NCBI RefSeq assembly: GCF_001465295.1
Contig: NZ_CP011035.1
Span: forward strand, 150,001 to 182,000
Length of the DNA stretch: 32,000 nucleotides
Direction: 5' to 3'
Origin: Pseudoalteromonas translucida KMM 520
GTDB taxonomy: Bacteria > Pseudomonadota > Gammaproteobacteria > Enterobacterales > Alteromonadaceae
Numbering within the stretch: the stretch's first letter is position 1; each line of letters opens with the position of its first letter. Positions 20,084-26,890 of the stretch are shown in pieces. The translations under genes were made by a program, and so were the position numbers. The notes below the pieces were generated by a model. The model made no database searches. It saw only the letters and a program-made list of their open reading frames with translations, and had not been told where the DNA came from.

Positions 20084-20632
20084 TTGTCATTTCCTCAAGT
20101 ATCTGTCATCGGTAATGCTAAGATAAAATCGTCTCAATTACAGAATATGGCTGAGGCCGTAGGCTTAATTATTAATGATCTTTGCTTTCATCTGGTTTGT
20201 GGTGGTTTGGGTGGCGTAATGGAAGCCAGCTGTAAAGGGCATAAATCAGGGACTGAACCAAGTCAAACAATCGGTATACTTCCATCCTTTAAAGAGAGTA
20301 CAGCAAATAAGTACACAGATATTATTATACCATCTGGGTTAGATATTGGTCGTAATCAGCTAGTTGTCTCTAGCGGTTTTGCTGTTGTCGTTTTGGGTGG
20401 TGGTGCGGGGACTTTAAGTGAGATAGCTCTAGCATCCCAAATAAACAAGCCAATACTCTTGATTAAAGGTTCTGGAGGCTGGGCTGATAAATTGACCGAT
20501 GAGTATTTGGACCAACGTTGTAATTCAAAGCTTTATCATATTAGTAGTTTAGATGAGTTAAGAATAACGCTTCAAAAATTGTCTTTGCTTGAGTCAAAAA
20601 GTGGTTCCATAGACAGTGGCCATAATCGATGA
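20084..20632 (+). CDS. LOG / TIGR00725-like Rossmann-fold protein (SLOG superfamily; putative nucleotide N-glycosidase / phosphoribohydrolase-like)
   Basis: Motifs CGGLGGVMEA...IGILP and GGGAGTLSEI match the GGxxG(L/V)M and (P/G)GGxGTxxE signatures of LOG-family proteins. TTG start lies 7 nt after GGGAG. 182 aa. Confidence 0.65.
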   Translation: MSFPQVSVIGNAKIKSSQLQNMAEAVGLIINDLCFHLVCGGLGGVMEASCKGHKSGTEPSQTIGILPSFKESTANKYTDIIIPSGLDIGRNQLVVSSGFAVVVLGGGAGTLSEIALASQINKPILLIKGSGGWADKLTDEYLDQRCNSKLYHISSLDELRITLQKLSLLESKSGSIDSGHNR

Positions 20633-21597
20633 AATTACTCATCCCAATAAGTTACTTTTTCGGAAGTCCAAAAAGTGAGTTGTGGCAATTAGATACAGAG
20701 ACAAAGAAAAAGAGTTTATTAGCCACCCTACCTTCCTCTGAGAGAGATGTTGCTGGCAAAGGTTTTACCAGTGTTACATGGATTAGCAATGACTTGCTTG
20801 TGGGTTGTGATTTTAATCGTGTATTTATTATTGACCGTAAATTATGCGAGTTAAAAAAAATAAATACAGACGAACAATACAATGATTTACATCATGTTAG
20901 CTTTGATGGTCACTTCATTCATATAGCTAATACAGGGCGTGATTGTATCGATGTTTTAGACAATCAATTACAGCCTGTTAGCCGATTAGAGTTTCTTCCA
21001 ACAGAAGAAATATCATCAAGGATTAAAGGGGAATATAAACCTCAAGGTGATTATTACGATAATGAAGCGATAAAAGTTGATTTTCACCTACGTAAGGTGC
21101 CTGATGCTCTGCATGTCAATCATGTGATCACAGTGGGTAAAGAACTTGATAACAAAGTTATCGTAACAAGTTTTAAAAAAAAATGCTTAATTGACGCTAA
21201 AACTCTAGAGCCACTCAGTAATAAATTACCTGAACAACCCCATGATGGCTTTATCGACAAGAAGTATATTTGGATAACCACTGTTTCAGGGAAAGTGTTT
21301 CGTTCTAAGCTATCGCTACCTTTTAATTTTGAATTGTTTTTTGATCTATTTCGGGTAGCAAAGTTCAAAGGGTGGTGTCGAGGTTTATTAGTTGCTAATG
21401 ATGCTTTATTTATAGCGGTCACTGCTATTCATAAGGAAACTAATCGGACAAACTGGCTTAATAGTCCAGTAAAGAATACTCGCACGGGAGTTTATCAGAT
21501 CAATTTAGCTTCATTGGATATTGAACACTTCTATGATTTTAGCCACACAAACGGTTCCCGTATATTTTCATTAGTCAGTGATAATTTTGATGGATAA
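20629..21597 (+). CDS. hypothetical protein, probably beta-rich/propeller-like (faint resemblance to DUF4915/TIGR03032-type proteins)
   Basis: 322-aa ORF. Its ATG overlaps the upstream TGA (ATGA at 20629-20632). Repeated hydrophobic beta-strand-like blocks. FKGWCRGLLVANDALFIAVTAIHKE resembles the G(F/W)xRGLxF...S..RE block I recall from TIGR03032. Not verifiable here. Confidence 0.5.
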   Translation: MKLLIPISYFFGSPKSELWQLDTETKKKSLLATLPSSERDVAGKGFTSVTWISNDLLVGCDFNRVFIIDRKLCELKKINTDEQYNDLHHVSFDGHFIHIANTGRDCIDVLDNQLQPVSRLEFLPTEEISSRIKGEYKPQGDYYDNEAIKVDFHLRKVPDALHVNHVITVGKELDNKVIVTSFKKKCLIDAKTLEPLSNKLPEQPHDGFIDKKYIWITTVSGKVFRSKLSLPFNFELFFDLFRVAKFKGWCRGLLVANDALFIAVTAIHKETNRTNWLNSPVKNTRTGVYQINLASLDIEHFYDFSHTNGSRIFSLVSDNFDG

Positions 21598-22387
21598 GAA
21601 ACCAAGGATTTACATGTTTCATCGTGTTCTTAAAAATTACGATGAAAAGAACTATTACTATCAGCGACAAACAGGCATTAGCTGGAAGAAGTTCATCGAA
21701 CTGCTTGATACTATAGAGAAAAAAGGCTGGAAAACTAAGCCAATTTCTGCTTTGGCGAAAGGATATACACATAACGATGTATTTATTACTTTCGATGACG
21801 GATATAGGGATAATATTTGTGCATTTGATGAATTAATTAATCGTGGAATGATTGCTACAGTTTACCCTGTTAAAGATTTTGTTTTAGATGGTTTTTCTCC
21901 GATTGATGATATGGCTCTTCACTTGATGTCGACACCGAATGTACCTAAAGACCTTAGTCTATCATTGCTCGGTGGGCGATTAAAAAGAATATTACGAGGC
22001 ATAACAGCCTCGAGATATAGGTATCTCCGACAACGTTTGTTTGGCATAGATGTGGATGCGGATTCTACCCATTTATTTATGCAGGAGCATCATCTAAAAC
22101 TGTACAATAGCCAAGGAATTGAACTGGGTATTCACGGGTGTAGCCACAGAGCATTTACCCAACTTTCTCCAAGTGAGCTAAATAAAGAGTTAACTGAAAA
22201 TTATAATTGGATCAGAGGATTGGGATGTAGAGAATCGATGTCTATTTGCTTCCCTCATGGTAAAAATAATAAGAAAGTAATTGAGCAAAGCCAGCTATTT
22301 GGCTTAATTCATTTAGGTGTCGACTGTGAGACATTTTACCCATCAGTTTTAAGGAGAATACATATTACGGAAGATTATTGTGGGTGA
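21590..22387 (+). CDS. polysaccharide deacetylase family protein (NodB homology / CE4)
   Basis: YMFHRV..., FITFDDGYRDN (the TFDDG metal/catalytic motif), and LGIHGCSH (His motif). ATG 21590 overlaps the upstream TAA (21595-21597). The track start, GTG 21578, is also possible. Confidence 0.75.
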   Translation: MDKKPRIYMFHRVLKNYDEKNYYYQRQTGISWKKFIELLDTIEKKGWKTKPISALAKGYTHNDVFITFDDGYRDNICAFDELINRGMIATVYPVKDFVLDGFSPIDDMALHLMSTPNVPKDLSLSLLGGRLKRILRGITASRYRYLRQRLFGIDVDADSTHLFMQEHHLKLYNSQGIELGIHGCSHRAFTQLSPSELNKELTENYNWIRGLGCRESMSICFPHGKNNKKVIEQSQLFGLIHLGVDCETFYPSVLRRIHITEDYCG

Positions 22388-23060
22388 ACTTAATGCTAAG
22401 CTTTGCGCATTGCTCAAGAATCAATTAGAGACTTTTCCATTTCACAATTTAGGGCAGTTATTGGGGAAGAAGGTTATTAATGGGGGGACTTGTTTTGATC
22501 ACGCACTAAGCTTGCGCGCTCATATAACTAAAATGGGGCTTAGCGCTACATTACATGAGGCTGAGGTTTGCATGACAGGTTTAAACTCACATCGTTTGAT
22601 CCGAGTTGAATCTTCAGACAAGGTTAGCTTTTTAGATTCTGGCACGGGCTGGCCAACTATATATCAGGCTCATACTTGCGATATCTATCGAGAGTATACA
22701 TCAGCAGGAATACGCTTTCGAATTGTTAAAGAGTCAAACAAGCTTCTTGTCAAACGACACGATGGTCGACAATGGCGTGATATGAACCGTATTGCATTAG
22801 TCGCTCAAAATGAAGAGATTATATTATCCAAATACCCTAACAGGTATCTCCAACAACTGCCTTACAGCCAAGAACTTCGGTTTTGCTGGCTAATGAATGA
22901 AAAGTTTTATCGAATTACAGGTTTCTGTTTAGCAGTATATGAAGCAGGAAAAAATACTCAAAAATTCAGTCTAACACCGATAGAGCTTTTGAGTTTTGTC
23001 CAGAGCAGCTTTCCCGAATTGATTTCGGACTTAAAAATATATCTAGAGAGTATTAGTTGA
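22380..23060 (+). CDS. arylamine N-acetyltransferase (NAT)-like Cys-His-Asp acyltransferase/amide synthase
   Basis: FPFHNL resembles the NAT PFENL motif. NGGTCFDHAL resembles RGGYCFELN with the catalytic Cys. SHRLIRVE carries a candidate His and FLDSGTGWP resembles DVGFG with the Asp. GTG start overlaps the upstream stop. At 226 aa it is shorter than classical NATs. Confidence 0.55.
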   Translation: MGELNAKLCALLKNQLETFPFHNLGQLLGKKVINGGTCFDHALSLRAHITKMGLSATLHEAEVCMTGLNSHRLIRVESSDKVSFLDSGTGWPTIYQAHTCDIYREYTSAGIRFRIVKESNKLLVKRHDGRQWRDMNRIALVAQNEEIILSKYPNRYLQQLPYSQELRFCWLMNEKFYRITGFCLAVYEAGKNTQKFSLTPIELLSFVQSSFPELISDLKIYLESIS

Positions 23061-24544
23061 TGTGCGGGTTTGTTGTAAGTGTCACTGAAGGACAATCTAA
23101 TTTAAATAAGAAAGTAGGAAAGGATACTCTATCTCGGGGCGAAGACCATTCTAGCTTAGAAACTATTCATTTTAATGGAATACCTATACATTTTGAATTT
23201 TCGCATTTATTTATAACTTCTCCCCAAGTTGTTCAACCACTACAAAGTATGTCGAAAATTTTAGTACTGAATGGTGAGATATATAATTATCAAGAATTGG
23301 CTGAGATACTTGGTCTCGAATCAAATAAGTTTAATGATGTAGGTATTTTTTTTGAGTATATAGAGCGTTACGGTTTGACTCAGGCCATGACGATGGCAAA
23401 TGGAATGTACTCTGGTGTTCTTTTCGATAAATCAACGGGAGATTTTAGAGTTTTTACAGATCATGTTGGTAAAAAGCCTTTGCTCGTTTGGAATAGTAGT
23501 ATCGGATGGCATATAGGAACTGGCGTTGATACTAATTATATAGATGCATACACTAATACGTTAGATGTAATCTCCCCTGGAGTATCAAAGTTTGATATAA
23601 AAACTGGGGTAGTATGCAAAGAATACCTCCATCAATACACTGTGACCAATAAACGAAGATTTGTTGATATTATAGAAAGTGCTATAGCACTTCGAATTCC
23701 TAAGGATATCCCATTCGCTGTAGCTTTAAGTGGTGGGCTAGATAGTTCGATTATTGCTTATATTTTAGAGACAAGATTAAGCAAAAGTGCAAGATATTAC
23801 GTCGTGGCTGACAGTTATCCCGATTCAGTTTTGACGTTATTAGAACATCTAAAGGTTTGTCCTAGTCGTGTCGTTTTAATTAAGCCACCGACACAAAGTG
23901 AGCTCTTAGGATTAATTAAAAAAACATGTAAAATTACAAAAAGCTACAACCCTTCAATTATATCAAATGGACTAGCAACATTATTATTAAGTAGGGCTGT
24001 ACAAGAAGACGGTATCCGCGTTTTGTTATCAGGTGAAGGTGCAGATGAGTATTTCTGTGGTTATCAAGGAATGTATAATGGTCGTAATGACCCTGAGAAA
24101 ATGAGAGCTTGTTTGATTGAAAACCTCCATTACACGGAATTGAGACGCTTAGATCTTATTACTGCCAGCCATAGTATAGAGGCTCGTTGCCCATTTTTAG
24201 ATAATCGCGTCACTCAGTTTGCATTAGCACATGACGTTCAAGATCTTTGCGACATTTCTTTGAACGTGGGAAAAACAATACTAAGAGATACATTTAAACA
24301 TGTATTACCCAACTCAATAATTCATGCTCCTAAAGAGCCTTTCGATATTACCTCAGGTTTGCAAAAAATGGTTATAGATGAATTAAAGAAAATATCTACG
24401 ACAGAAAGAACAGCATTAAGATCCATTTTTGAACAAATTATGGATAACACTTCTATAGCTAATCATCATTACTTCTCCCATTACCCAACTTTTGACACGA
24501 TGATTGAACGACGTGAGCTTAAATACAAGCAGAGGGATATATGA
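23060..24544 (+). CDS. asparagine synthetase (AsnB)-family amidotransferase/amide ligase
   Basis: MCGF N-terminus (Cys2 nucleophile), LNGEIYNYQEL, PP-loop ALSGGLDSSI, LLSGEGADEYFCGY and EARCPFLD. ATG 23060 overlaps the upstream TGA (TGATG). The track start TTG 23057 would put an extra Met before Met-Cys. Confidence 0.85.
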   Translation: MCGFVVSVTEGQSNLNKKVGKDTLSRGEDHSSLETIHFNGIPIHFEFSHLFITSPQVVQPLQSMSKILVLNGEIYNYQELAEILGLESNKFNDVGIFFEYIERYGLTQAMTMANGMYSGVLFDKSTGDFRVFTDHVGKKPLLVWNSSIGWHIGTGVDTNYIDAYTNTLDVISPGVSKFDIKTGVVCKEYLHQYTVTNKRRFVDIIESAIALRIPKDIPFAVALSGGLDSSIIAYILETRLSKSARYYVVADSYPDSVLTLLEHLKVCPSRVVLIKPPTQSELLGLIKKTCKITKSYNPSIISNGLATLLLSRAVQEDGIRVLLSGEGADEYFCGYQGMYNGRNDPEKMRACLIENLHYTELRRLDLITASHSIEARCPFLDNRVTQFALAHDVQDLCDISLNVGKTILRDTFKHVLPNSIIHAPKEPFDITSGLQKMVIDELKKISTTERTALRSIFEQIMDNTSIANHHYFSHYPTFDTMIERRELKYKQRDI

Positions 24545-24549
24545 ACGAT
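24542..24549. repeat. target-site duplication, left copy (TGAACGAT)
   Basis: Identical 8-mer at 26955-26962, immediately outside both IS termini. An 8-bp duplication is the IS66-family norm. Confidence 0.9.
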
Positions 24550-24573
24550 GTAAGCGTCTGAGCAAATGCGTCT
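24550..24573. repeat. IS66 terminal inverted repeat (tnpC-proximal end)
   Basis: Begins GTAAGCG, as is typical for IS66-family ends. About 21 of 25 positions match the other end, with one indel. It contains the tnpC stop codon. Confidence 0.8.
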
Positions 24574-26134
24574 AGCCTTGATTAACATTCCAAGGTAGCA
24601 AGTGCTCTACACTTTCAGGCTTTTTAGCAAGCTCATCTAGGCAGGTTTGCAAATAGTTGTCGACCAACAGTCCGTTCGCTTTCGCGGTTTCAATAATACT
24701 ATAGAGCACGGCGCTAGCCGTTGCACCCCGCGCGGTATTGGAGAATAACCAGTTTTTTCTGCCAATCACAAACGGTTTCACAGCCCGCTCAGCGCGATTG
24801 TTATCTATATTTATGCGACCATCTTTTAAATAGGTGATGAGCTTATGTTCTTGGTTACACCAATACGTAATCGCTTCACCAAGTTTACTTTTCGGTGGCA
24901 CTTTATCTTTATTTTCGATAATCCAATGGTGAAGTTTATCGATGATGGGTTTTGAACTTTCCTGCCGTGCTTGATACGTTTCTGCGGCCGTTTTGTCTTT
25001 TAAGCTTGCCTCAATGCCGTAGAGTTTTCTAATAAGACTTAAGGCAACATCGGCTTTGCCGGTTTTGTTTTTCGTTTGCACCGTTTTCGCATCAATGAAT
25101 TTTCGACGTGCATGCGCCATACAACCTGCCAATATTGCATCTGTTTTTCCGTACGCTGCATAACCATCGACTTGCAGGTAACCGTCATAGTCACCAAGGT
25201 AATCAACTACACAAGCTGCGGCACGAGAGTTGTGATAATCATAGAGGATAATATTTGGCAAACTATTGGCGGCCACCGAATCGCTACCACAACAATACAC
25301 CCACATGTAACTGCTGCTATTATCGGCCTTAATCACCTTTAAGGGCGTTTCGTCGGCATGGAGCACCGCTTGACTAAGCAATGCTGCTTTTAGCTCGTTA
25401 ACTAATGGCATCAGTAATTCACTACACCGTATTATCCAATCTGACATGGTTTTACGACTCAGCTCAATACCATACTCATTGAACATTTTTTCTTGCCTAT
25501 ATAGCGGCAACCCATATTGATATTTGGCGCTGATGATTTGACTCAGCAAACTACTGGTGGCAATGCCTTTAGGAATGGGGGTTGCTGGAACAGGTGCAAC
25601 TTTTATAGAATTTTCTGTGCCAGTTTGCTCACACCTTTTACAGGCATATTTCGGTCGAACTGTCTCTATCACTTTGATGTACGCAGGAACAAACTCAAGT
25701 TTTTCACTACGAGCTTCACCAATTTTATGCAGCTTACCTTGGCAACAATCACACACTTTTTCATCAATGGACAAATCAATTGTCACCACTTTTCGAGGTA
25801 ATTCTTTTGGCAGTGGCTTGCGCGTCGGTTTGTTTTTAATTGTGACCTTACTGTGACTATCAGCCGCAGCTAATAACGTTTTATCGGCCTCATCAATGAT
25901 TTCTTCCGCTTCATTGAAGGTTTCCCCCGCCCCCGGGAGTTGCTCGGAGCTTTTACCAAACTGTTTACGCTTGGCAATTTCATAGCGTTCAATAAACTGA
26001 TTAATTTGAATGGCTTGTTCACTGATGATTTTATCTTTTTTCGCTAACTCTTGGGTAGTTTCAGCCTGCAACTCAAGCAACATTTGCTTGAGTTGTTCTG
26101 GGTCGTCAGGGAGTGAGTTAGTATCAATTTTCAT
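24572..26134 (-). CDS. tnpC: IS66-family transposase (TnpC/Orf3)
   Basis: 520 aa. N-terminal coiled coil/leucine zipper, zinc-finger-like CDCCQGKLHKIG...CKRCE, a central DDE region (HADETPL..., VDGYAAY) and a conserved C-terminus. Confidence 0.92.
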   Translation of the reverse strand: MKIDTNSLPDDPEQLKQMLLELQAETTQELAKKDKIISEQAIQINQFIERYEIAKRKQFGKSSEQLPGAGETFNEAEEIIDEADKTLLAAADSHSKVTIKNKPTRKPLPKELPRKVVTIDLSIDEKVCDCCQGKLHKIGEARSEKLEFVPAYIKVIETVRPKYACKRCEQTGTENSIKVAPVPATPIPKGIATSSLLSQIISAKYQYGLPLYRQEKMFNEYGIELSRKTMSDWIIRCSELLMPLVNELKAALLSQAVLHADETPLKVIKADNSSSYMWVYCCGSDSVAANSLPNIILYDYHNSRAAACVVDYLGDYDGYLQVDGYAAYGKTDAILAGCMAHARRKFIDAKTVQTKNKTGKADVALSLIRKLYGIEASLKDKTAAETYQARQESSKPIIDKLHHWIIENKDKVPPKSKLGEAITYWCNQEHKLITYLKDGRINIDNNRAERAVKPFVIGRKNWLFSNTARGATASAVLYSIIETAKANGLLVDNYLQTCLDELAKKPESVEHLLPWNVNQG

Positions 26135-26230
26135 CCATCGAGTTTAGCAAGAACAGACAGATGATTCTGCTTTGTAACGCAAATAGAATAAGGACTTGCG
26201 TACACGATCGTTGACTGATAAAAGATCTAG

Positions 26231-26578
26231 TTAGATCGGTGACTGATAGTGCAGCGGTTCATGGCCAAGCACGTCATATCCAGATAACAACCAATCCAGT
26301 TGTTGATAGGTTAATTCAAATTCCTGGCTCGATAGTTTACTTGGCCATTTGAATTTTTGCTTTTCAAGTCGTTTATACCAAAGCGCGAACCCTGTTTTAT
26401 CCCAGTATAGAATTTTCAGCTTATCTTTGGCCTTGTTACAAAATACAAACAACGTACCGGTATAGGCATCGCGAACAAGCTCATCTTCAACAATACTCAC
26501 TAAGCCATTAATACTTTTTCGAAAGTCGACAAAATCCCGATGCAGAAAAACCTCTGACGGCTCAACAAACATTTTCAT
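26231..26578 (-). CDS. tnpB: IS66 Orf2 (TnpB) accessory protein
   Basis: 115 aa. DFRKSINGL...LFVFCNK..DKLKILYWDK.GF.LWYKRLEK.KF.WP is the characteristic IS66 TnpB sequence. Confidence 0.9.
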   Translation of the reverse strand: MKMFVEPSEVFLHRDFVDFRKSINGLVSIVEDELVRDAYTGTLFVFCNKAKDKLKILYWDKTGFALWYKRLEKQKFKWPSKLSSQEFELTYQQLDWLLSGYDVLGHEPLHYQSPI

Positions 26579-26874
26579 TGAACAAACTCGCGTAGTAACT
26601 GGCTTAAATACGTTGCAGAGGTTGTGGCTGGCAAACTAACGTTTGCCTTGCCAACAGTTAACGTGATGGATGGTTGTTCATCAACTATTTCGACTTGCTG
26701 TGTAATTTTGGCGCGAACGAAATTATTCGATGATAGGCCGAGTTTCTTTCTTACCGCATAAAAGCTAGTCATTGATAATTGATGTTGCCGGCAATAATCA
26801 ATGATGGTTAAACCACTTGATTGTTGTTCATGGATGATGGTTTGCCATTGCTCTGGGCTGCGCATAATTCTCAT
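26575..26874 (-). CDS. tnpA: IS66 Orf1 (TnpA), small HTH protein
   Basis: 99 aa. W..II.EQ..SGLTI..YCRQH.LS...FY.W..K motif. Its stop overlaps the tnpB start (ATGA at 26575-26578). Confidence 0.8.
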   Translation of the reverse strand: MRIMRSPEQWQTIIHEQQSSGLTIIDYCRQHQLSMTSFYAVRKKLGLSSNNFVRAKITQQVEIVDEQPSITLTVGKANVSLPATTSATYLSQLLREFVQ

Positions 26875-26890
26875 AAGTTACTCCAAATAA

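Noticed and set aside
20084-20632. The SLOG/LOG-like protein could be part of an anti-phage or conflict system, or a DprA-like DNA-processing protein.
   Set aside because: No nuclease, TIR, sirtuin, cyclase, effector or sensor partner lies nearby. Its neighbours are metabolic tailoring enzymes, and it is translationally coupled to them. It is too short for DprA and lacks its additional domains. I kept it only as an alternative to test.
22380-24544. A Cys-His-Asp protein of about 220 aa directly followed by an asparagine-synthetase homologue of about 500 aa looks superficially like a lasso-peptide B (leader protease) / C (cyclase) pair.
   Set aside because: The 226-aa protein carries NAT-type motifs (PFHNL, GGTCF, DSGTG) rather than McjB-like ones. 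The AsnB homologue keeps the MCGF glutaminase nucleophile, which the lasso cyclase I compared (McjC) lacks. I found no short precursor ORF upstream and no ABC exporter. The genes sit in the middle of a sugar-enzyme operon.
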